A stretch of 64,000 bases of DNA from Epiperipatus broadwayi (lineage: Eukaryota > Animalia > Onychophora): contig JAQFVV010000010.1 of assembly GCA_028023455.1 (NCBI GenBank), positions 1,984,001-2,048,000 on the forward strand. The letters are read 5' to 3'. Under the pieces are notes generated by a model, which ran no database searches, had not been told where the DNA came from, and was given only the letters and a program-made list of their open reading frames with translations. Of this stretch, positions 1 through 12,000 are shown piece by piece. The translations under genes and the position numbers were made by a program. Numbering within the stretch: position 1 is the first letter of the stretch; every line of letters starts with the position of its first letter.

Positions 1-647
1 GATATGCTTAATAATCTTTCTTTGATTCTATTTTTTTATCCTCAAAACTCATATTGCCCATCACACCAGGGAACTTCCTTTTAGTATTATTATGGTTTCT
101 CCCTTGATTTCATGTGCAAAATAATGCCCTTTTTACTAAGTCCTGTTTTACTTCTTTCCTCATTGATTCATCTCTTCCATATATTTTTTTTAGATCCGGT
201 CGATTTTCTTTTATTTGTAAATTATTTTTATTGAGCATACCCATTAAATTCTGACAATTTTTATTTACAATTTTCATTCTTAGGTTCATCTACATCTCTG
301 TTGGTTCATTGGTCTTCATATTGGAATTAAAAGAATACACAAAATATAAACTCTATTTTCCAAACTTAATTCAACATTCTGCTTTATAAAATTGTATTAG
401 CTATAAACTTTATTAACTATTAATTCTTTATTTTTAATTAAATATCTATCCCACTCTGTCTTACTTTAGCTGAACACATGCCAAATTCCCACCAAGGTTC
501 TTTCTTTGCCATTATATTTATGTCCTAGTTTTAACTTTCTAATGTCCCCTTTTACAAAAATATCTTTTATATATATCACACAGGATATATTATAACACAG
601 CAAATGTACAATCACTTTTTCTTTTAAAATATATATGTTCTACAATA

Positions 648-2122
648 ATATCAACAAATTAAAACTCCTTCTCCTTTTTTTCTTCAAAAACTTTATTTTC
701 TTATATCAATACTGAACATATATATAATACAAAACTCCAATGTTTCAACTGTTTTTATCTTCATACAGTCATTTTCAAGGATCTGCAATAACAATATGAA
801 ATACATATTTATAAATAAACCTCAATTACATAAATACCTTCATCTTACATTAACATAAATAGTAACAAATATATTAAACATACATAATTATATTTTACTT
901 ACATCTCTCTCCCACAGCTATTTTTTATTACTCTTTCTTTTACATTATTTAATTATAAATCTGTCTTAAAATCATCCAAGAAACTTTTTATACAAATTTA
1001 AAAACCAACCCTAATTTCAAATAACCTCACCCTCTCACCCTTTTTTTTTTAAACCTTATCTAAAACCCATCTCAAAACTATATTCCTAAACTAAAGCTTT
1101 AAATTAATGTAAAACAAATATAAACATCTTTTTTTATACAAAAAAAACTTTTAACAATTTACCTAAACCTATTTAAATATTCATTTTAATTATACATTAT
1201 TTTAGATTCCTTAACTACTCCATTAATTCTATTTAAAGTAGGATTATATTTTTTTATGTAAAAATATTCTTTTACCATCGTTTCCCTGTATTTTTTAACC
1301 CTTTCCAACATTTAATATTAAATTCTTTATAACCTAAAACTTTACAATGTATGTAAATGTATGTAAAACTTGACTTAGAGAACATTTATATGACAAAAAT
1401 TCAAATATTTACATACATTGTAAAGTTTTAGGTCATAAAGAATTTAATATTAAAATGTTGGAAAGGGTTAAAAATTACAGGGAAAGGATGGTAAAAGAAT
1501 ATTTTTACATAAAAAAATATAATCCTACTTTAAGTTGAATTATTTGAGTAGTTAAGGAATCTAAAATAATGTATAATTAAAATGAATGTTTAAATAGGTT
1601 TAGGTAAATTATTAAAAGTTTTTTTGTATTAAAAAAGATGTTTATATTAGTTTATATTCATTTAAAGCTATAGTTTAGGAATGAAGTTTTGAGATGGGTT
1701 TTAGATAAGGTTTAAATAAAAGGGTGAGATGGTGAGGTTATTTGAAATTAGGGTTGGTTTTTTTAATTTGTATAAAAAGTTTCTTGGATGATTTTAAGAC
1801 TAATTTGTAATTAAATAATGTAAAAGAAAGAGTAATAAAAAATAGCAGTGGGAAAGAGATGTAAGTAAAATATAATTATGTATGTTTAATATGTTTGGTA
1901 CTGTTTATGTTAATGTAAGATGAAGGTATTTATGCAACTGAGGTTTATTTATAAATATGTATTTCATATTGTTGTTGCAGATCCTTGAAAATGACTGTAT
2001 GAAGATAAAAATAGTTGAAACATTGTGAGTTTTATATTATATAAATATATATGTTCAGTATTGATATAAGAAAATAAAGTTTTTGAAAAGAAAAAGGAGA
2101 AGGATTTTTAATTTGTTGATAT
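648..2122. mobile_element. Penelope-like element 3' ends as a head-to-head inverted dimer (arms ~648-1358 and ~1407-2122)
   Basis: The arms are reverse complements around a 48-nt spacer. The + arm translates HCKVLGHKEFNIKMLERVKNYRERMVKEYFYIKKYNPTL (GIY-YIG C-terminal end). A 12-bp direct repeat atatcacacagg lies at 573-584 and 2119-2130. Confidence 0.75.
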
Positions 2123-3023
2123 CACACAGGGCGTGTTTATTTTCTTAAAGCCGAAACCAATTTTATAAAATGAAAATCATTCTTAATAAGCCACATGTAT
2201 GTTTATATATGTTATTCTCATTATTGACAATAACTTGTTGCAATCAGTAACATTTTACTTTTATTAATTTAAAACTACTTCAAAAATTCTTCCCCTTCTA
2301 TAGCTGTCAAAATTATTTTAACAAAACAAAACAAATTTAGTCTATTTGAATTTTTTTTTTTTTTATCATTAAAATGTATATGTCTCTGGGAGAATACGTG
2401 GTTAATTCATTGATAATACAACTATCTTACAAAAATAAATTATATATCTTGGGATATATAGATTTTTTAAATATATATATATCGGGGATATTAAGTAACC
2501 TTCATGCCCTATGTTGCAGGCACCATGTTCTAAAATAGATACATATTGTAACTGTCAGAATTGCACAACCCACATGCAAATCACCTGAGGATAACCCACA
2601 TGTACATTCCACATTCTGACATCACAGAATATCAATTTTTTTTTTAAAGCCTGCTAATATCAGGGAGAAAACACCGTAATGTAGATCTTTGTACACTATA
2701 TAGCTAATAAATTCTTGATTAAAAAAAACAAGCAAGAGACTTAACTATTTACCTAAATTGTTGATTGCAAATAACCAACTAAATTTTGCTGAAATGTTAA
2801 TTTTTCTAGTAAAAAAAAAATAAAGCTAGTGGAGGTGAGTGAGATTATATGATGTTTTCTATAATTTTTATAGTTTATGGTTATACATATATATAAACTC
2901 ATGGATTACAAAATAAAAAATCATAAAATATCTAATTATTTATTATTGATTCTAATGTTAACTATTTTGTTTACTTCAAGATTTTATGCTTAATTGATTT
3001 GTTAATTGCAATTTTTCTTTTAG

Positions 3024-3078
3024 TTGTAACATGTTGAATGAACTTCCCGCAGAGGTTTGTAATTTAATCAATCTTGAG
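3024..3078 (+). CDS. LRR gene internal exon A (CNMLNELPAEVCNLINLE)
   Basis: Acceptor tttttcttttag at 3012-3023, donor GAG/gtatga at 3079; LRR fragment joining the next exon in phase 0. Confidence 0.85.
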
Positions 3079-6000
3079 GTATGAATTTATTTATTTTTCC
3101 ACTTAATTTATTTCATAAGTTATGAGCTATTAATTCATACTTTTGATTTCATCTCAAATGTCAATATAAATAATGCATAATAAGCCTTTCTTTTCTTTTC
3201 TTTTATATCAAACAAAACTTCTTTTCAATATCGCATTAACATGAAACAGTGTACTTTTTTTTTTATTTTCTGTAGAAAAAAAAATCTTTTTTAACTCTTG
3301 ACAAATTTTTATTATTTATATATACAGAAATGAAAAAGTAATTGTTAGAATGTGTGTCCTACTATGAAACTTTGATCACATATTTTACAACATATTCAGA
3401 ATATCTGATAAATGAAACTACTCACAGAAAATTAGGCAGGATTGGTTTTAAGCCAATAAACATCACATGATCACCATTTCTTATGCTTGCTCATAACTGT
3501 TATTAAAACAGACAAAACTCTCTATACGTATTGCCACTCAGTGCAAACCAGAGTAATGACTGGATGCCAGAAGGCTTGTACGTAAAATCTCCATCTAGTG
3601 CCTACTCATCCAATATCCCCAGACTAGTTTCTGGCTTGTGGCCTTTGTCAATGAGGAGTCTTGGATCTGAAAGCACTGCACCTAGATCTTAGGATCTAAT
3701 GCAACCCTCCAGCAGCCACCTTTTTATCTCTACTTAACTACAAAACTATGAGGCTTAAATTGAAAACACTATAATATTTTCATCCAAGCTCATTAGCTTA
3801 TATAGTTATATAGGTCTGAACTCAGTTCAGTACCCATACATTTTGGTGTCTTTGATTCTTTAATAACCATAGCCACCACTATCCTCTGATCATGTGATGT
3901 TTATTGGCTTAAAACCAATCCTACCTAATAGGATACTGGTGGCTATGGTTATTAAAGAAACCAAAATGTATGGGTACTGAACTGAGTTCAGATCTATATG
4001 ACTATATAAGCTAATGAGCTTGGATTGAAAATATTATAGTGTTTTCAATTTCTCATAGTTTTTTAGTTAAGTAGAGCTAAAAGGTGGCTGCTGGAGGATT
4101 GCATTAGATCCTAAGATCTAGGTGCAGTGCTCTCAGATCCAAGGCTCCTCGCTGACAAAGGCCACAAGCCAGAAATTAGTCTGGGGATATTGGATGAGTA
4201 GGCATTAGATAGGGATTTTATGCATAAGCCTTCTGGCATCCCTTAATTATTCTGGCTTGCACTGAGTGTCAATATGTATAGAGAGTTTTGCCCGTTTTAC
4301 TCACAGAAAAGGTAGTTTTTTAATATTTAACTTTATTACAGCTATTATGCTTTCAGTATATTTTTATTATATCATATTCATGGCATATGATATAGTAAAA
4401 ATACATTGAAAGCAAGCTAGGCAGTAATAAAGCTAAATATTTAAAAAACTACCTTTTCTGTATTTTATTTTACCAGATATTACATTGTTTCATGAAAGAA
4501 GAAATTAATAATAATTAAATTGCAATGTATTCAGGAATAATAAATATTTTTGAAATAAGAATATATATTTTTTAAATGTTAAGATAATAAAAAAACTTTA
4601 AATAAAGATAATGTTATAAAACTGCCTTACTTTTCATCTCAAATTATGTATAATAATCTTATAAATGCTTAGCAAATAAACATAAGTATTAGATTTAAGT
4701 TTTAAAATATATATTTATGTTTCTACTTCCTGTATCCCTCTTAAATTTATTTTGCTACCATATAAATACAGGTCATCTTAAGTAGAGGTTCCATCCATTG
4801 AGAAAAAAAATATTAACTAAAATATTATAGTTTTATAAAAGAATACTCATCAATTTTTATTAAATTTTAATGACAAAACCGCATATCTGAAGCAATTTGG
4901 AAAGCTGCCCATTTGCTATATGAAACATCCCTATAAAGTAACTTAAAAAATTTGTACAGAAAGTTAAGGATAGTTATACTTTAATTATGTTATTCTATAC
5001 AGAATTATCTGTTTTAAGCTTGAGGAATTGATGGATATTAAATAGAGCTAACATTACTCTTCTGTCTGTTTTTAATCAAAGCAAGCAGTGCAGGTCTTAG
5101 TTTACTTTCAACAAGTGCATTAAGAGCAATAGTCCACTTTCTTTACTCCACATCCGTCTATTGTGTAAGCAATCTGTAGGAAGAAGAAAGTAGAGAAGAG
5201 AATCAACATTTTGAAATTAATCAAGTAATTTGCTGACACTCTATCATCTAATACCCATTGATTATTCAAGCTTGTAATAAATAAATCTGAATAGTTCATA
5301 GAAATGGTTCTTAAGCATCTGTTTGTTCTTCAATTTTGTATTGATGCTATCAAGTGTATTTTTCATTGCTTCAAATTATTGGATATTCATGTTGTGATTA
5401 TATATTTGTATAAACAGACAATAGTTAATATGAACTCTTTATTCCATTGCAAACTATCATATTGAGGCTAATTCTAACTGAGCCTTTCACTATTGATAAT
5501 CAACTCAATTATTTATTTATTTGTGTTAATTTGCATTTGCTTATTATTTAACTATACAAACTATTGTGTTTACTACATGATTATGTATAAACAAATTCGT
5601 AAAATTTAATTAATATTGTTGTGTTTAGTCTGGATTATATATAAACATAAAACATGTAAAAATACATTTCTAATATTATATTTATTAGTGAAACATGAAT
5701 ACTAATATATATTCGTATTTACAATAGCTATATTCCGCTTGCTTTGTTGGTGAAGTATAACTCCTAGTTCTGGATCAACTATGGAAAAAGGGATTGCTCT
5801 ACAACTTCCAGCTTTATTTTGGCAGCCTACCTTATGAGTTGGTCTGATGATACTGCTGGCTGTACTATGACAACTTGCTTCATGCCAGTGATTGGTTCTA
5901 GCAGCTTCCAGTGCGGAATATGGACTTGTCCCATTATGGCAACGATTTAGCTTTTATAGCTATTGTCTGGAATACTATCTTTCAGGTTTGGCAGTAGTTT

Positions 6001-9000
6001 TCTGGAGAATGTATATACTGCAATTCAGGTTTGATAGTAGTTCTCCAGAGAATATATATTCTACCTTTCAGCTGTATGGCAGTAGTTCTCTGATCCTACC
6101 TTTAAAAAGACTGATTATTTATTGACAGATCCCTATCCGTAATGAAAATATTCAGATTCAGTGAACATCATCACCTATTGGCCTATTCTTGCCATTGGCT
6201 ATGCATTATTTACCTATATATGCATAGGTTCATCGTGATGAAAGTTCAATATTATCTAGATAAGATGGAATCTGGACTAGTCCATTATTTGAAGGCAGGT
6301 TGAGATATGACATCTCCTTTCCCTGGCTAAAATTAGCCATGGAAAATGTAGTCATGTAGGTGTGTTTGTAAAAATCACTTTGTAGTTTCTTATGCCTTTG
6401 GGGATCTTCTCAGCAGGTCCAATGTCATCATTTGTGGATCTTGAAAATGTAGGTTTATCAAGCTGAATGATGACTCATCACTGTTGCCTTGCCACTTTTT
6501 ATTATCTGATGAGACTTTGCTGATGACTGGTTTTGGAACGGTAGGCTTACACAGCTGGATGATGATGCATCAATGTTGCTTGCCACTTTTTTATTTGATG
6601 AGACTTTTCTGATAGCTGGTCTTGGAACTATAGGTTCATTACAGCTGACTGATGATGTGTAATTTAACCTAAATTGTTTTTTGTGATGATGCTGTTATTG
6701 TCCATTAGCAATTTTAACCACCACTGTTTGTGATCTTTTACCTTTGATTATGACTGCTGGAACCAATTTCATGGTTTCCTTAAACATGCAGCAAATGATG
6801 TGAGTATCTATGCACTTCTTTGCACTTTTAGTTTCATGCATTATTTTAGGGTTCAAACCCTGATTGTTAACTCCTTCTGGGTAAACCTTGTTTGAATTTA
6901 TTGTTGTGAACTTGTTGACTTGAGTTACTGTAAAATCTAAATGAGTGAACAAGTCATATCCTAATAAATTGCTCTGCTCCCAGCAGATATGACAAGAGGC
7001 AGATATCTAGTTTTATTGGCCATTATAACTTTCACTCTTCCCTGAGACTTAAGTCTACTACTAGTTGCCTTGGTAATCACTAATGGTTTTGCTGCTAGGA
7101 TGCAGCTGATATCCATTATTCTTATTAATGATAGCCTATACCTTTTTTGCCACAGTGGACACTGCAAACCCAGTGTTTAGTTCCAAAGTCACAGATGTAT
7201 CAATAACTATTCTTGTTTAGTTCCATAGTCATAGATGTATCAATAACTATTCTACATTTAAAAACAGAGACAATACCTATCACATTCTTTATACTTGCAT
7301 TTTGTTTCTTAGATTTTAAATTGTCTTTCTAGCTTTTTAGAATGAATTAATCCATTTTGTTATCAGAAACTTGTTTTTTTCCATGTAAAACAAGCAGCTT
7401 TTATGTAGCTGACATGCTTGCAAAATGTACATCTGTATACCAGTGTGGGTATTCTGTGTGTGTGTGTGTATATCTGTTGATCACATTTATAACAATGCTT
7501 TTCACTCATTGTTGTTGATTTATGATGATGATTTTTGCTGTCATCTGAGTGCTTGACCAGTTTTCTGCTCAATAGTTTGAATGCTATAATTCATTTCTTT
7601 CAGTGGTTTTGCTTGACTAGTTGTTTATTCTGCTAGAATCGCTCTAGACAGCAGAATCAGATGTTATGTCAGGATCCATTAACAGTTTGTCCCTGAACTC
7701 TATGATCTCTTATCTTATAAATAAAATGAACTCGCAGATATTCATTAAGGAAGTCTTTGAAATTGTATTTTAAAGCTAGTTTTTTTAGTTAATAGTAAAA
7801 TCCTTAGCTCCTCCTTATATACAAGGATTGAAATGGTATCTCTGCATTATCGTTAGGGGTTTTTGAGTAAAAAAGTTATTTGGTAGAGACAGTGCCTTAT
7901 CAAAATCAAGATCAGTCAGAAGCAAAGGAGTTGATTGGGCTTTAAGAATCTTGTATGATGTTCTATAATAGACATAAGCGTAGCTAATTTTAACTCGGGC
8001 TTTTTGATTTGATTAGCCTGTAAATACAAGATTGGTCAAGTTTCCAGATAGGCCGGATCGAATTCTTCTATTGAGCCAATTTTAGCATTTTATTTTTTCC
8101 TCTTTAGGCTGTAAGAGAAAAAGTTTCTACTTTTATTTGTGAGAGTAAACACTCGAGTTGATTTTCATCCTTTATTTGACAAGCTACTGTTTGCATAACT
8201 GCCAATCTTTGATAAAGACAAATCTAACAACCCACTAGGCGAGTTTCTGCCTTTATTAATAAGAGTAACTACTTTTGTTTGATTTTTAAACAATTTTATC
8301 GAAACACAAATAAGTTTTGCAGTTAATTTTTTTTTAATTAATGACAAAATCTACCCATTGAGTTTATTAATAATAATTATTAACTCTCATTTAATTTTAA
8401 ACAATTTTTATTGACTTGCTATTATGTCGACTGTGCCAAATCTGTTGTTTAGTCTGGATTATATAAATACAAACACATGTAAATATGTTTCTAATATTAT
8501 ATTTATTAGTGAAACATGAATACAAATATACATTCATATTTACAATAACTATACTTTGTCTGCTATTAATGGTGAGATATAGCTCCTAGTTCTGGGTATA
8601 CTATGGAAGTAGAGATTGCAATTGCCTTATAGATTTCTTTACCACTTCCAGCTGTATTTTGACCAGTCTGCCTCATGAATAGATCCAAGGACACTTCTGG
8701 CTGAACTATGATAGTTTCCAGTCCTAAACTTGGATTAGTCTTGCTGCAGCAACCATTTAGCTTTGATAGCTCTTGCCTGGAGAATGTATATGTTGCAATT
8801 CAGATTTGGCAGTAGTTCTCTGGAGAACATATATTCTACCTTTCATTTATGTGGTAATAGTTCTCTGACCTACCTTCAAAAGAACTGACTATTTATTGCC
8901 AGATCTCTTTATGGGAACATTCGGATTCAGTGAGCATTATTGCCTATTGGTCCATTCTTGCCATCAGCTATGCAATATCTTTCTATATTCACATAAGTTC

Positions 9001-12000
9001 ATGGCAGTGAAGATCAATCTAATCTAGATAAGATGAAATCTAGACTAATCCATTATTTGAAGACAAGGCGAGATATGACAAATGTATATTTATTAATTCA
9101 ACAAATATTTATAATATATACTGTTATACCTCTGCGCTGCTACTGTTTGCAAGGTATCTTCTACTTGCTTTGCAACTATAGAAGGAAGGGACTGCAGGTG
9201 CCTTTATAAGCTCATCTACCATTTCTAGTTTTGCTGTGAAAACCTGCTTCATGAATAGGTATGTTGACACTTCTGATTGTATTTTGACATCTTGTCTTGT
9301 GTCTGATCTAGATTCTAGCAGCTTCCAGTTCTGAACATGAACTTGCCTCACTGTCTTAACTGTACAGTGGACAACCAATGTACTGCCATTCAGCTTTGCC
9401 AGTTATTGTCTGAACTTACCTTTATAGATTAAAGATTTATGGGCAGATCCCCATCCACAATAGAAACATTGACCCATTTCTATTATTGGATATGTTATCT
9501 ATTTGTTTATCCATTGGTCTATGACAATGAATGCTCAATCCAATCAAGATAAACTAGAATCTAGTTCATTATTTGAATGGAAGGTGAGATATAACATTTC
9601 CTCCCCTGACTAAAATTGGCCTTAGAGAACGTGGTCATTCAGATGTTTTGATTGAAGTCTTCGATGCTTTCTGACTTCATCAGGTTTAATGACTTTATCA
9701 GCAGATCTATTGTTTTCATTTATAGATCTGGAAACTTTAAATTTTGACTGCTGGATGGTGACTCACGATTATTGGATGGTGACTCTTCACTGATGGCTAA
9801 TGACTCTTTACTTATGGCTGGTAATGTGTAATTCAATCCTAACTGATTGATGATTCCCTTGAATAAATGACATAATATTTGAGTACCTGTCTACTTTTTT
9901 TGCACTTTTACTTTATAGTTCAAACCCGGTTTGTTAACAGTTACTTCTGGCTATCCCTTATTAAATTTATGTTTGTGAGTTGTTTTACTTTAGTCGCTGC
10001 AAACTTTAAGTGATTGAATCAGTTATAACCTAATTAATTGCTCTATTCATCTGATGATACAAACAGAGGTAGGTATAGTTTTATAAGGCAATGTAACTTT
10101 GATTCAAGAGTGATATTTGATTGTCTTGATAATTAATAATTGATTTTCTGCTCAGATGCAGCTGATGTTTATTTTTCTTATTGATGATAACCCATGTCTT
10201 TTTTGACTTAATGAACACTGCAGACTCAGTGTCCAATTCCATTTTACTAACATATTAATTAATAATAATTTTGTGTTTGAAAGGAGAGTCAGTACCTTTC
10301 ACATTTTTTGTATGTGCTTTCATATGATTTGTTTGTTTTGTTTTTTTTGGCTTTTTGGAATAGATTCTTCCTTTGTCATTACAACATATTTTCTTTTAAA
10401 CAAACATTTTTTGTGTGACCGCATGCTTGCACTATGTAGACACTGTATGCTGGTGTGGACATTCAATATATGCATGTTCTGATGCCTCACATCTATAACA
10501 ACGTTTTTTTATTTCTGATTTATTCAAGCAGGGTTTTTTATTGTTAGCTGGGTAGTTGTTTGATCCAGTTTACTGATGGACAATTTTAATGCCGTAATCT
10601 ATTTTCTTCAATGGATTCTCTTGACTTACTGGCGATTCTGCTATAGTTACTTGAGAGACAAGTGAATCAAAAATGATATTAGTGTCCATCATTATCTTGA
10701 CTCTAAGAATATGGTCTCTCATTTCACAAGTGAAACAATCTTTCAGAGTTTCATTGAGGAAGTTTAAAATTGCATTTTAACTAGCTTCCTGACTTTAACA
10801 GCACAATCTTTTACTTTCTCTTCATCTCTCAGATACAGAGATTGAAGTGATATGCATTATCATTAAGGGTTTTGGGCAGAAAACATTTGTCAATAGAGAC
10901 AATGCATTATCAAATTCAAGCTAAGATCCAAAACATGGAGTGAAGAATCTCATATGTCTGAGATCTGATGATGAGATTTAACTAATTTTAAGTCGGGCTT
11001 TTTCACTTGATTAGCCTGCATATAGAAAAACATTCTATCCTGGCCAATTTTCAGGATTGTCTGAATCAAACTCTTCTATTAAGCCAGTTTTAGACATTTG
11101 ATTTTTTTCTCTTTTTCTGCCATGATAAGGTAAAAAAAAATTGACTCATTTTAATAATGTATGAGTACCCATTTGTATTTGATTTTTTAAATTTCTATTG
11201 ATGTGCTAATGATGTTAGCTATCATTTTTTTTAATACAGATCTAAACAACTCATGGGAGGAAGATCTTGCATTTATAATTAATGAGTACACTTTTGATTT
11301 AAACTTTTTTTTATTGACACCCTAGTAATGATAGCTGTCAATTTTTTTTTTTTTGGTCAAAGATCTAAACAGAAGGTAAGACCTGTCATGACTGCACCAT
11401 CTGTTATTTTTACTGTGTGATTATATATAAACACAAACTTATAAAATAAGATTAATATATATTTATTAATTCAACAAAAAAAATACATATTTACAATATA
11501 CACATTGTTATATCTCTACCTGCTACCATCGACAAGGTATAGCTTCTAATTGTCTTGTAATTATAGAAGAAAGGGATTTCAAGTGCCTTTATAAGTTCAA
11601 CCACCACTTCCAGGTACGCTATGACAGCCTACCTCATGAGTGGGTATGGTGACACTTTCGTTTGTACTGTGATCTTGCCTTGTATCCAATTTAGGTTCTA
11701 GAAGCTTTCAGTCCTGAACATGGATTTGCTTCAATGCATTAACTGAATAATGGACAACCATATTACTGCTGTTCAGCTTTGACAGTTGTTGTCCGACCAT
11801 ATCTCTAAGTGGATTGACTATTTACAGCCAGATTTCCATTCATAATGGAAAGAATTGGATTCACTGATCATCATCACCATTGGCCTGTTTTTACTATTGG
11901 ATATATGTTATCTATTTATATATCCATTAGTCTGTGGCTATAAATGCTTAATCCTACCAAGATAATATAGAATCTGGGCTAGTTCATTATTTGAAGGTAA

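Larger units (their letters stand above)
3432..4298. mobile_element. ~430 bp hammerhead-containing non-coding element, inverted dimer (minus copy ~3473-3930; plus copy split into ~3432-3472 and ~3931-4298)
   Basis: ~3510-3880 is the reverse complement of ~3931-4290, and ~3432-3472 of ~3888-3929. Flanked by the direct repeat actcacagaaaa at 3420-3431 and 4299-4310. Homologous to 57040-57670. Confidence 0.8.

Noticed and set aside
2557-2630. Small inverted repeat gtcagaat/attctgac with aacccacatg direct repeats and CTGAGGA
   Set aside because: Too short to exceed chance and no GAAA partner
6440-6660. CTGATGA-containing ~90-bp repeats as hammerheads or a CRISPR-like array
   Set aside because: No stem II/GAAA follows, there are no unique spacers, and they are coding-type tandem repeats in the LTR element's internal tail
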